Shown here in pieces: positions 25,359 to 39,400 of a stretch of 64,000 bases of DNA (positions within the stretch are counted from its first letter, which is position 1; each line of letters opens with the position of its first letter). The translations under genes and the position numbers were made by a program. The notes under the pieces are model-generated. The model was not told the DNA's origin, did not search any database, and was given only the letters and a program-made list of their open reading frames with translations. This DNA comes from Antedon mediterranea (lineage: Eukaryota > Animalia > Echinodermata), in assembly GCF_964355755.1 (NCBI RefSeq), contig NC_092675.1, positions 13,325,812 to 13,389,811 of the forward strand, in the 5' to 3' direction.

Positions 25359-28300
25359 ATTTGGAAACGTTTTAGACCATTTTGTGATTTTCGAAAAAAC
25401 TTGTTAACATAAAAACACGAAAGTGCTTAGAATAGCTTCAAATCGCATTTGGAAACGTTTTAGACCATTTTGTGATTTTCGAAAAAAATTGTTAACATAA
25501 AAACACCAAAGTGTTTAGAATAGCTTCAAATCGCATTTGGAGACGTTTTAGACCAATTTGGGATTTTCGAAAAAACTTATCAACATAAAAACACCAAAGG
25601 GTTTAGAATAGCTTCAAATCGCATTTGGAGACGTTTTAGACCATTTTGTGATTTTGAAAAAACTTGTTAACATAAAAACACCAAAGTGCTTAGAATAGCT
25701 TCAAATCGTATTTGGAGACGTTTTAGACCATTTTGAGATTTTCGAAAAAACTTGGTTACACAAAAACATCAAAGTGCTTAAAATCACATTATAAACCGTT
25801 TTAGACCATTTTTAGCATTTCGGTAACACTTTTCACACAAAAACATCAAAGAGCACAAAATAGCTTAATATCGTATTTAAAAACGTTTTAGACCATTTTG
25901 AGCATTTAGACAAAACTTTTTCACACAAAACACCAAAGTGCTTAGAATAGCTTCAAATCGCATTTGGAGACGTTTTAGACCATTTTGTGCATTTCGATGA
26001 AACTTGGTTACACAAAAACATTAAAGTGCTTAAAATCACATTATAAATCGTTTTAGACCATTTTGAGCATTTCGACAAAACTTTTTCACACAAAATACCA
26101 AAGTGCTTAGAATAGCTTCAAATCGCATTTGGAGACGTTTTAGACCATTTTGTGATTTTCGAAAAAACTTTTTAACATAAAAACACCAAAGTGCTTAGAA
26201 TAGCTTCAAATCACATTTGGAGACGTTTTAGACCATAAGTGCTTAGAATCACATTATAAACCGTTTTAGACCATTTTGAGCATTTCGATAACAATTTTCA
26301 CACAAAACATCAAAGAGCACAAAATAGCTTAATATCGTATTTAAAAATGTTTTAGACCATTTTGAGCATTTAGATAAAACTTTTTCACACAAAACACCAA
26401 AGTGCTTAGAATAGCTTCAAATCGCATTTGGAGACGTTTTAGACCATTTTGTGATTTTTGAAAAAACTTGTTAACATAAAAACACCAAAGTGCTTAGAAT
26501 AGCTTCAAATCACATTTGGAGATGTTTTAGAACATTTTGTGATTTTTGAAAAAACTTGTTAACATAAAAACACGAAAGTGCTTAGAATAGCTTCAAATCA
26601 CATTTGGAGACGTTTTAGACCATTTTGTGATTTTTGAAAAAAACTTGTTAACATAAAAACACGAAAGTGCTTAGAATAGCTTCAAATCGCATTTGGAAAC
26701 GTTTTAGACCATTTTGTGATTTTCGAAAAAGATTGTTAACATAAAAACACCAATGTGCTTAGAATCACATTATAAACCGTTTTAGACCATTTTGAGCATT
26801 TCGATAACAATTTTCACACAAAAACATTAAAGAGAACAAAATAGCTTAATATCGTATTTATAAATGTTTTAGACCATTTTGAGCATTTCGACAAAACTTT
26901 TTCACACAAAACACCAAAGTGCTTAGAATAGCTTCAAATCGCATTTGGAGACGTTTTTTATACCATTTTGTGATTTCGATGAAACTTGATTACACAAAAA
27001 CATCAAAGTGCTTAAAATCACATTATAAACCGTTTTAGACCATTTTGAGCATTTCGATAACACTTTTCACACAAAAACATCAAAGAGCACAAAATAGCTT
27101 AATATCGTATTTAAAAACGTTTTAGACCATTTTGAGCATTTAGACAAAACTTTTTCACACAAAACACCAAAGTGCTTAGAATAGCTTCAAATCGCATTTG
27201 GAGACGTTTTAGAACATTTTGTGTTTTTCGAAAAAAACTGTTAACATAAAAACACCAAAGTGCTTAGAATAGCTTCAAATCGCATTTGGAAACGTTTTAG
27301 ACCATTTTGTGATTTTCGAAAAAACTTGTTAACATAAAAACACGAAAGTGCTTAGAATAGCTTCAAATCGCATTTGGAAACGTTTTAGACCATTTTGTGA
27401 TTTTCGAAAAAAATTGTTAACATAAAAACACCAAAGTGTTTAGAATAGCTTCAAATCGCATTTGGAGACGTTTTAGACCAATTTGGGATTTTCGAAAAAA
27501 CTTATCAACATAAAAACACCAAAGGGTTTAGAATAGCTTCAAATCGCATTTGGAGACGTTTTAGACCATTTTGTGATTTTGAAAAAACTTGTTAACATAA
27601 AAACACCAAAGTGCTTAGAATAGCTTCAAATCGTATTTGGAGACGTTTTAGACCATTTTGAGATTTTCGAAAAAACTTGGTTACACAAAAACATCAAAGT
27701 GCTTAAAATCACATTATAAACCGTTTTAGACCATTTTTAGCATTTCGGTAACACTTTTCACACAAAAACATCAAAGAGCACAAAATAGCTTAATATCGTA
27801 TTTAAAAACGTTTTAGACCATTTTGAGCATTTAGACAAAACTTTTTCACACAAAACACCAAAGTGCTTAGAATAGCTTCAAATCGCATTTGGAGACGTTT
27901 TAGACCATTTTGTGCATTTCGATGAAACTTGGTTACACAAAAACATTAAAGTGCTTAAAATCACATTATAAATCGTTTTAGACCATTTTGAGCATTTCGA
28001 CAAAACTTTTTCACACAAAATACCAAAGTGCTTAGAATAGCTTCAAATCGCATTTGGAGACGTTTTAGACCATTTTGTGATTTTCGAAAAAACTTTTTAA
28101 CATAAAAACACCAAAGTGCTTAGAATAGCTTCAAATCACATTTGGAGACGTTTTAGACCATAAGTGCTTAGAATCACATTATAAACCGTTTTAGACCATT
28201 TTGAGCATTTCGATAACAATTTTCACACAAAACATCAAAGAGCACAAAATAGCTTAATATCGTATTTAAAAATGTTTTAGACCATTTTGAGCATTTAGAT

Positions 28301-29215
28301 AAAACTTTTTCACACAAAACACCAAAGTGCTTAGAATAGCTTCAAATCGCATTTGGAGACGTTTTAGACCATTTTGTGATTTTTGAAAAAACTTGTTAAC
28401 ATAAAAACACCAAAGTGCTTAGAATAGCTTCAAATCACATTTGGAGATGTTTTAGAACATTTTGTGATTTTTGAAAAAACTTGTTAACATAAAAACACGA
28501 AAGTGCTTAGAATAGCTTCAAATCACATTTGGAGACGTTTTAGACCATTTTGTGATTTTTGAAAAAAACTTGTTAACATAAAAACACGAAAGTGCTTAGA
28601 ATAGCTTCAAATCGCATTTGGAAACGTTTTAGACCATTTTGTGATTTTCGAAAAAGATTGTTAACATAAAAACACCAATGTGCTTAGAATCACATTATAA
28701 ACCGTTTTAGACCATTTTGAGCATTTCGATAACAATTTTCACACAAAAACATTAAAGAGAACAAAATAGCTTAATATCGTATTTATAAATGTTTTAGACC
28801 ATTTTGAGCATTTCGACAAAACTTTTTCACACAAAACACCAAAGTGCTTAGAATAGCTTCAAATCGCATTTGGAGACGTTTTTTATACCATTTTGTGATT
28901 TCGATGAAACTTGATTACACAAAAACATCAAAGTGCTTAAAATCACATTATAAACCGTTTTAGACCATTTTGAGCATTTCGATAACACTTTTCACACAAA
29001 AACATCAAAGAGCACAAAATAGCTTAATATCGTATTTAAAAACGTTTTAGACCATTTTGAGCATTTAGACAAAACTTTTTCACACAAAACACCAAAGTGC
29101 TTAGAATAGCTTCAAATCGCATTTGGAGACGTTTTAGAACATTTTGTGTTTTTCGAAAAAAACTGTTAACATAAAAACACCAAAGTGCTTAGAATAGCTT
29201 CAAATCGCATTTGGA
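25359..29215 (+). repeat. 1925-bp tandem duplication (23 monomers x2)
   Basis: Variants tttggga (25560/27485), cattaaagagaac (26831/28756), atacc (26960/28885) and the 38-mer (26226/28151) are all at offset 1925; monomer lengths sum to 1925. Confidence 0.93.
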
Positions 29216-31373
29216 GACGTTTTAGAACATTTTGTGTTCTTCGAAAAAACCTGTTAACATAAAAACACCAAAGTGCTTAGAATAGCTTCAAATCGCATTT
29301 GGAGACGTTTTAGACCATTTTGTGATTTTTGAAAAAACTTGTTAACATAAAAACACCAAAGTGCTTAGAATAGCTTCAAATCACATTTGGAGACGTTTTA
29401 GACCATTTTGTGATTTTCGAAAAAACTTGTTAACATAAAAACACGAAAGTGCTTAGAATAGCTTCAAATCGCATTTGGAAACGTTTTAGACCATTTTGTG
29501 ATTTTCGAAAAAGATTGTTAACATAAAAACACCAAAGTGCTTAGAATCACAATATAAACCGTTTTAGACCATTTTGAGCATTTCGATAACAATTTTCACA
29601 CAAAAACATCAAAGAGCACAAAATAGCTTAATATCGTATTTAAAAATGTTTTAGACCATTTTGAGCATTTAGATAAAACTTTTTCACACAAAACACCAAA
29701 GTGCTTAGAATAGCTTCAAATCGCATTTGGAGACGGTTTAGACCATTTTGTGATTTTGAAAAAACTTGTTAACATAAAAACACCAAAGTGCTTAGAATAG
29801 CTTCAAATCGCATTTGGAGACGTTTTAGACCATTTTGTGATTTTTGAAAAAACTTGTTAACATAAAAACACCAAAGTGCTTAGAATAGCTTCAAATCGTA
29901 TTTGGAGACGTTTTAGACCATTTTGAGATTTTCGAAAAAACTTGGTTACACAAAAACATCAAAGTGCTTAAAATCACATTATAAACCGTTTTAGACCATT
30001 TTGAACATTTCGATAACACTTTTCACACAAAAACATCAAAGAGCACAAAATAGCTTAATATCGTATTTAAAAACGTTTTAGACCATTTTGAGCATTTCGA
30101 CAAAACTTTTTCACACAAAACACCAAAGTGCTTAGAATAGCTTCAAATCGCATTTGGAGACGTTTTAGACCAATTTGTGCATTTCGATGAAACTTGATTA
30201 CACAAAAACATCAACGTGCTTAAAATCACATTATAAACCGTTTTAGACCATTTTGAGCATTTCGATAACACTTTTCACACAAAAACATCAAAGAGCACAA
30301 AATAGCTTAATATCGTATTTAAAAACGTTTTAGACCATTTTGAGCATTTAGACAAAACTTTTTCACACAAAACACCAAAGTGCTTAGAATAGCTTCAAAT
30401 CGCATTTGGAGACGTTTTAGACCATTTTGTGCATTTCGATGAAGCTTGGTTACACAAAAACATCAAAGTGCTTAAAATCACATTATAAATCGTTTTAGAC
30501 CATTTTGAGCATTTCGACAAAACTTTTTCACACAAAATACCAAAGGGCTTAGAATAGCTTCAAATCGCATTTGGAGACGTTTTAGACCATTTTGTGATTT
30601 TCGAAAAAACTTTTTAACATAAAAACACCAAAGTGCTTAGAATAGCTTCAAATCACATTTGGAGACGTTTTAGACCATTTTGTGATTTTCGAAAAAACTT
30701 GTTAACATAAAAACACGAAAGTGCTTAGAATCACATTATAAACCGTTTTAGACCATTTTGAGCTTTTCGATAACAATTTTCACACAAAAACATCAAAGAG
30801 CACAAAATAGCTTAATATCGTATTTAAAAATGTTTTAGACCATTTTGAGCATTTAGATAAAACTTTTTCACACAAAACACCAAAGTGCTTAGAATAGCTT
30901 CAAATCGCATTTGGAGACGTTTTAGACCATTTTGTGATTTTTGAAAAAACTTGTTAACATAAAAACACCAAAGTGTTAGAATAGCTTCAAATCACATTTG
31001 GAGACGTTTCAGACCATTTTGTGATTTTCGAAAAAACTTGTTAACATAAAAACACGAAAGTGCTTAGAATAGCTTCAAATCGAATTTGGAAACGTTTTAG
31101 ACCATTTTGTGATTTTCGAAAAAACTTGTTAACATAAAAACACGAAAGTGCTTAGAATAGCTTCAAATCGCATTTGGAAACGTTTTAGACCATTTTGTGA
31201 TTTTCGAAAAAAATTGTTAACATAAAAACACCAAAGTGTTTAGAATAGCTTCAAATCGCATTTGGAGACGTTTTAGACCAATTTGTGATTTTCGAAAAAA
31301 CTTATCAACATAAAAACACCAAATCGCATTTGGAGACGTTTTAGACCATTTTGTGATTTTGAAAAAACTTGTT

Positions 31374-33437
31374 AACATAAAAACACCAAAGTGCTTAAAA
31401 TCACATTATAAATCTTTTTAGACCATTTTGAGCATTTCGACAAAACTTTTTCACACAAAATACCAAAGGGCTTCAAATCGCATTTGGAGACGTTTTAGAC
31501 CATTTTGTGATTTTCGAAAAAACTTTTTAACATAAAAACACCAAAGTGCTTAGAATAGCTTCAAATCACATTTGGAGACGTTTTAGACCATTTTGTGATT
31601 TTCGAAAAAACTTGTTAACATAAAAACACGAAAGTGCTTAGAATAGCTTCAAATCGCATTTAGAAACGTTTTAGACCATTTTGTGATTTTCGAAAAAAAT
31701 TGTTAACATAAAAACACCAAAGTGCTTAGAATCACATTATAAACCGTTTTAGACCATTTTGAGCATTTCGATAACAATTTTCACACAAAAACATCAAAGA
31801 GCACAAAATAGCTTAATATCGTATTTAAAAATGTTTTAGACCATTTTGAGCAATTAGATAAAACTTTTTCACACAAAACACCAAAGTGCTTAGAATAGCT
31901 TCAAATCGCATTTGGAGACGTTTTAGACCATTTTGTGATTTTTGAAAAAACTTGTTAACATAAAAACACCAAAGTGCTTAGAATAGCTTCAAATCACATT
32001 TGGAGACGTTTTAGACCATTTTGTGATTTTCGAAAAAACTTGTTAACATAAAAACACGAAAGTGCTTAGAATAGCTTCAAATCGCATTTGGAAACGTTTT
32101 AGACCATTTTGTGATTTTCGAAAAAACTTGTTAACATAAAAACACGAAAGTGCTTAGAATAGCTTCAAATCGCATTTGGAAACGTTTTAGACCATTTTGT
32201 GATTTTCGAAAAAACTTGTTAACATAAAAACACGAAAGTGCTTAGAATAGCTTCAAATCGCATTTGGAAACGTTTTAGACCATTTTGTGATTTTCGAAAA
32301 AAATTGTTAACATAAAAACACCAAAGTGTTTAGAATAGCTTCAAATCGCATTTGGAGACGTTTTAGACCAATTTGTGATTTTCGAAAAAACTTATCAACA
32401 TAAAAACACCAAAGTGCTTAAAATCACATTATAAATCTTTTTAGACCATTTTGAGCATTTCGACAAAACTTTTTCACACAAAATACCAAAGGGCTTCAAA
32501 TCGCATTTGGAGACGTTTTAGACCATTTTGTGATTTTCGAAAAAACTTTTTAACATAAAAACACCAAAGTGCTTAGAATAGCTTCAAATCACATTTGGAG
32601 ACGTTTTAGACCATTTTGTGATTTTCGAAAAAACTTGTTAACATAAAAACACGAAAGTGCTTAGAATAGCTTCAAATCGCATTTAGAAACGTTTTAGACC
32701 ATTTTGTGATTTTCGAAAAAAATTGTTAACATAAAAACACCAAAGTGCTTAGAATCACATTATAAACCGTTTTAGACCATTTTGAGCATTTCGATAACAA
32801 TTTTCACACAAAAACATCAAAGAGCACAAAATAGCTTAATATCGTATTTAAAAATGTTTTAGACCATTTTGAGCAATTAGATAAAACTTTTTCACACAAA
32901 ACACCAAAGTGCTTAGAATAGCTTCAAATCGCATTTGGAGACGTTTTAGACCATTTTGTGATTTTTGAAAAAACTTGTTAACATAAAAACACCAAAGTGC
33001 TTAGAATAGCTTCAAATCACATTTGGAGACGTTTTAGACCATTTTGTGATTTTCGAAAAAACTTGTTAACATAAAAACACGAAAGTGCTTAGAATAGCTT
33101 CAAATCGCATTTGGAAACGTTTTAGACCATTTTGTGATTTTCGAAAAAACTTGTTAACATAAAAACACGAAAGTGCTTAGAATAGCTTCAAATCGCATTT
33201 GGAAACGTTTTAGACCATTTTGTGATTTTCGAAAAAACTTGTTAACATAAAAACACGAAAGTGCTTAGAATAGCTTCAAATCGCATTTGGAAACGTTTTA
33301 GACCATTTTGTGATTTTCGAAAAAAATTGTTAACATAAAAACACCAAAGTGTTTAGAATAGCTTCAAATCGCATTTGGAGACGTTTTAGACCAATTTGTG
33401 ATTTTCGAAAAAACTTATCAACATAAAAACACCAAAG
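31374..33437 (+). repeat. 1023-bp tandem duplication (12 monomers x2)
   Basis: The variants aatcttttt, gggcttcaaa, atttagaaacg and gagcaattag (31851/32874) repeat at offset 1023. Confidence 0.92.
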
Positions 33438-36400
33438 GGTTTAGAATAGCTTCAAATCGCATTTGGAGACGTTTTAGACCATTTTGTGATTTTGAAAAAA
33501 CTTGTTAACATAAAAACACCAAAGTGCTTAGAATAGCTTCAAATCGCATTTGGAGATGTTTTAGAACATTTTGTGTTCTTCGAAAAAACCTGTTAACATA
33601 AAAACACCAAAGTGCTTAGAATAGCTTCAAATCGCATTTGGAGACGTTTTAGACCATTTTGTGATTTTTGAAAAAACTTGTTAACATAAAAACACCAAAG
33701 TGCTTAGAATAGCTTCAAATCACATTTGGAGACGTTTTAGACCATTTTGAGCATTTCGACAAAACTTTTTCACACAAAACACCAAAGTGCTTAGAATAGC
33801 TTCAAATCGCATTTGGAGACGTTTTAGACCAATTTGTGCATTTCGATGAAACTTGATTACACAAAAACATCAAAGTGCTTAAAATCACATTATAAACCGT
33901 TTTAGACCATTTTGAGCATTTCGATAACACTTTTCACACAAAAACATCAAAGAGCACAAAATAGCTTAATATCGTATTTAAAAACGTTTTAGACCATTTT
34001 GAGCATTTAGACAAAACTTTTTCACACAAAACACCAAAGTGCTTAGAATAGCTTCAAATCGCATTTGGAGACGTTTTAGACCATTTTGTGCATTTCGATG
34101 AAACTTGGTTACACAAAAACCTCAAAGTGCTTAAAATCACATTATAAATCGTTTTAGACCATTTTGAGCATTTCGACAAAACTTTTTCACACAAAATACC
34201 AAAGTGCTTAGAATAGCTTCAAATCGCATTTGGAGACGTTTTAGACCATTTTGTGATTTTCGAAAAAACTTTTTAACATAAAAACACCAAAGTGCTTAGA
34301 ATAGCTTCAAATCACATTTGGAGACATTTTAGACCATTTTGTGATTTTCGAAAAAACTTGTTAACATAAAAACACGAAGTGCTTAGAATAGCTTCAAATC
34401 GCATTTGGAAACGTTTTAGACCATTTTGTGATTTTCGAAAAAAATTGTTAACATAAAAACACCAAAGTGCTTAGAATCACATTATAAACCGTTTTAGACC
34501 ATTTTGAGCATTTCGATAACAATTTTCACACAAAAACATCAAAGAGCACAAAATAGCTTAATATCGTATTTAAAAATGTTTTAGACCATTTTGAGCATTT
34601 AGATAAAACTTTTTCACACAAAACACCAAAGTGCTTAGAATAGCTTCAAATCGCATTTGGAGACGTTTTAGACCATTTTGTGATTTTTGAAAAAACTTGT
34701 TAACATAAAAACACCAAAGTGCTTAGAATAGCTTCAAATCACATTTGGAGACGTTTTAGACCATTTTGTGATTTTCGAAAAAACTTGTTAACATAAAAAC
34801 ACGAAAGTGCTTAGAATAGCTTCAAATCGCATTTGGAAACGTTTTAGACCATTTTGTGATTTTCGAAAAAACTTGTTAACATAAAAACACGAAAGTGCTT
34901 AGAATAGCTTCAAATCGCATTTGGAAACGTTTTAGACCATTTTGTGATTTTCGAAAAAACTTGTTAACATAAAAACACGAAAGTGCTTAGAATAGCTTCA
35001 AATCGCATTTGGAAACGTATTAGACCATTTTGTGATTTTCGAAAAAAAATTGTTAACATAAAAACACCAAAGTGTTTAGAATAGCTTCAAATCGCATTTG
35101 GAGACGTTTTAGACCAATTTGTGATTTTCGAAAAAACTTATCAACATAAAAACACCAAAGGGTTTAGAATAGCTTCAAATCGCATTTGGAGACGTTTTAG
35201 ACCATTTTGTGATTTTGAAAAAACTTGTTAACATAAAAACACCAAAGTGCTTAGAATAGCTTCAAATCGCATTTGGAGACGTTTTAGACCATTTTGTGAT
35301 TTTCGAAAAAACTTGTTAACATAAAAACACCAAAGTGCTTAGAATAGCTTCAAATCGTATTTGGAGACGTTTTAGACCATTTTGAGATTTTCGAAAAAAC
35401 TTGGTTACACAAAAACATCAAAGTGCTTAAAATCACATTATAAACCGTTTTAGACCATTTTGAGCATTTCGGTAACACTTTTCACACAAAAACATCAAAG
35501 AGCACAAAATAGCTTAATATCGTATTTAAAAACGTTTTAGACCATTTTGAGCCTTTAGACAAAACTTTTTCACACAAAACACCAAAGTGCTTAGAATAGC
35601 TTCAAATCGCATTTGGAGACGTTTTAGACCATTTTGTGCATTTCGATGAAACTTGGTTACACAAAAACATCAAAGTGCTTAAAATCACATTATAAATCGT
35701 TTTAGACCATTTTGAGCATTTCGACAAAACTTTTTCACACAAAATACCAAAGTGCTTAGAATAGCTTCAAATCGCATTTGGAGACGTTTTAGACCATTTT
35801 GTGATTTTCGAAAAAACTTTTTAACATAAAAACACCAAAGTGCTTAGAATAGCTTCAAATCACATTTGGAGACGTTTTAGACCATAAGTGCTTAGAATCA
35901 CATTATAAACCGTTTTAGACCATTTTGAGCATTTCGATAACAATTTTCACACAAAAACATCAAAGAGCACAAAATAGCTTAATATCGTATTTAAAAATGT
36001 TTTAGACCATTTTGAGCATTTAGATAAAACTTTTTCACACAAAACACCAAAGTGCTTAGAATAGCTTCAAATCGCATTTGGAGACGTTTTAGACCATTTT
36101 GTGATTTTTGAAAAAACTTGTTAACATAAAAACACCAAAGTGCTTAGAATAGCTTCAAATCACATTTGGAGACGTTTTAGACCATTTTGTGATTTTCGAA
36201 AAAACTTGTTAACATAAAAACACGAAAGTGCTTAGAATAGCTTCAAATCGCATTTGGAAACGTTTTAGACCATTTAGTGATTTTCGAAAAAACTTGTTAA
36301 CATAAAAACACGAAAGTGCTTAGAATAGCTTCAAATCGCATTTGGAAACGTTTTAGACCATTTTGTGATTTTCGAAAAAAATTGTTAACATAAAAACACC

Positions 36401-39400
36401 AAAGTGTTTAGAATAGCTTCAAATCGCATTTGGAGACGTTTTAGACCAATTTGTGATTTTCGAAAAAACTTATCAACATAAAAACACCAAAGGGTTTAGA
36501 ATAGCTTCAAATCGCATTTGGAGACGTTTTAGACCATTTTGTGATTTTCGAAAAAACTTGTTAACATAAAAACACGAAAGTGCTTAGAATAGCTTCAAAT
36601 CGCATTTGGAAACGTTTTAGACCATTTTGTGATTTTCGAAAAAACTTGTTAACATAAAAACATGAAAGTGCTTAGAATAGCTTCAAATCGTATTTGGAGA
36701 CGTTTTAGACCATTTTGTGATTTTCGAAAAAACTTGTTAACATAAAAACACCAATGTGCTTAGAATAGCTTCAAATCGCATTTTGAGACGTTTTAGACCA
36801 TTTTGTGCATTTCGATGAAACTTGGTTACACAAAAACATCAAAGTGCTTAAAATCACATTATAAACCATTTTAGACCATTTTGAGCATTTCGATAACACT
36901 TTTCACACAAAAACATCAAAGAGCACAAAATAGCTTAATATCGTATTTAAAAACGTTTTAGACCATTTTGAGCATTTCGACAAAACTTTTTCACACAAAA
37001 CACCAAAGTGCTTAGAATAGCTTCAAATCGCATTTGGAGACGTTTTAGACCATTTTGTGATTTTCGAAAAAACTTGTTAACATAAAAACATCAAAGTGTA
37101 CAGAATAACTTCAAATCGCATTTGGAGACCGTTTTAGGCCAATTTGTGATTTTCGAAAAAACTTGTTAACCTAAAAATACCAAAGTGTTTAGAATAGCTT
37201 CAAATCGCATTTGGAGACGTTTTAGAACATTTTGTGATTTTCGAAAAAACTTGTTAACATAAAAACACCAAAGTGCTTAGAATAGCTTCAAATCGTATTT
37301 GGAGACGTTTTAGACCATTTTGAGATTTTCGAAAAAACTTGGTTACACAAAAACATCAAAGTGCTTAAAATCACATTATAAACCGTTTTAGACCATTTTG
37401 AGAATTTCGATAACACTTTTCACACAAAAACATCAAAGAGCACAAAATAGCTTAATATCGTATTTAAAAACGTTTTAGACCATTTTGAGCATTTCGACAA
37501 AACTTTTTCACACAAAACACCAAAGTGCTTAGAATAGCTTCAAATCGCATTTGGAGACGTTTTAGACCAATTTGTGCATTTCGATGAAACTTGATTACAC
37601 AAAAACATCAAAGTGCTTAAAATCACATTATAAACCGTTTTAGACCATTTTGAGCATTTCGATAACACTTTTCACACAAAAACATCAAAGAGCACAAAAT
37701 AGCTTAATATCGTATTTAAAAACGTTTTAGACCATTTTGAGCATTTAGACAAAACTTTTTCACACAAAACACCAAAGTGCTTAGAATAGCTTCAAATCGC
37801 ATTTGGAGACGTTTTAGACCATTTTGTGCATTTCGATGAAACTTGGTTACACAAAAACATCAAAGTGCTTAAAATCACATTATAAATCGTTTTAGACCAT
37901 TTTGAGCATTTCGACAAAACTTTTTCACACAAAATACCAAAGTGCTTAGAATAGCTTCAAATCGCATTTGGAGACGTTTTAGACCATTTTGTGATTTTCG
38001 AAAAAACTTTTTAACATAAAAACACCAAAGTGCTTAGAATAGCTTCAAATCACATTTGGAGACATTTTAGACCATTTTGTGATTTTCGAAAAAACTTGTT
38101 AACATAAAAACACGAAGTGCTTAGAATAGCTTCAAATCGCATTTGGAAACGTTTTAGACCATTTTGTGATTTTCGAAAAAAATTGTTAACATAAAAACAC
38201 CAAAGTGCTTAGAATCACATTATAAACCGTTTTAGACCATTTTGAGCATTTCGATAACAATTTTCACACAAAAACATCAAAGAGCACAAAATAGCTTAAT
38301 ATCGTATTTAAAAATGTTTTAGACCATTTTGAGCATTTAGATAAAACTTTTTCACACAAAACACCAACGTGCTTAGAATAGCTTCAAATCGCATTTGGAG
38401 ACGTTTTAGACCATTTTGTGATTTTTGAAAAAACTTGTTAACATAAAAACACCAAAGTGCTTAGAATAGCTTCAAATCGCATTTGGAAACGTTTTAGACC
38501 ATTTTGTGATTTTCGAAAAAACTTGTTAACATAAAAACATGAAAGTGCTTAGAATAGCTTCAAATCGTATTTGGAGACGTTTTAGACCATTTTGTGATTT
38601 TCGAAAAAACTTGTTAACATAAAAACACCAATGTGCTTAGAATAGCTTCAAATCGCATTTGGAGACGGTTTAGACCATTTTGTGATTTTGAAAAAACTTG
38701 TTAACATAAAAACACCAAAGTGCTTAGAATAGCTTCAAATCGCATTTGGAGACGTTTTAGACCATTTTGTGATTTTCGAAAAAACTTGTTAACATAAAAA
38801 CACCAAAGTGCTTAGAATAGCTTCAAATCGTATTTGGAGACGTTTTAGACCATTTTGAGATTTTCGAAAAAACTTGGTTACACAAAAACATCAAAGTGCT
38901 TAAAATCACATTATAAACCGTTTTAGACCATTTTGAGCATTTCGGTAACACTTTTCACACAAAAACATCAAAGAGCACAAAATAGCTTAATATCGTATTT
39001 AAAAACGTTTTAGACCATTTTGAGCCTTTAGACAAAACTTTTTCACACAAAACACCAAAGTGCTTAGAATAGCTTCAAATCGCATTTGGAGACGTTTTAG
39101 ACCATTTTGTGCATTTCGATGAAACTTGGTTACACAAAAACATCAAAGTGCTTAAAATCACATTATAAATCGTTTTAGACCATTTTGAGCATTTCGACAA
39201 AACTTTTTCACACAAAATACCAAAGTGCTTAGAATAGCTTCAAATCGCATTTGGAGACGTTTTAGACCATTTTGTGATTTTCGAAAAAACTTTTTAACAT
39301 AAAAACACCAAAGTGCTTAGAATAGCTTCAAATCACATTTGGAGACGTTTTAGACCATAAGTGCTTAGAATCACATTATAAACCGTTTTAGACCATTTTG

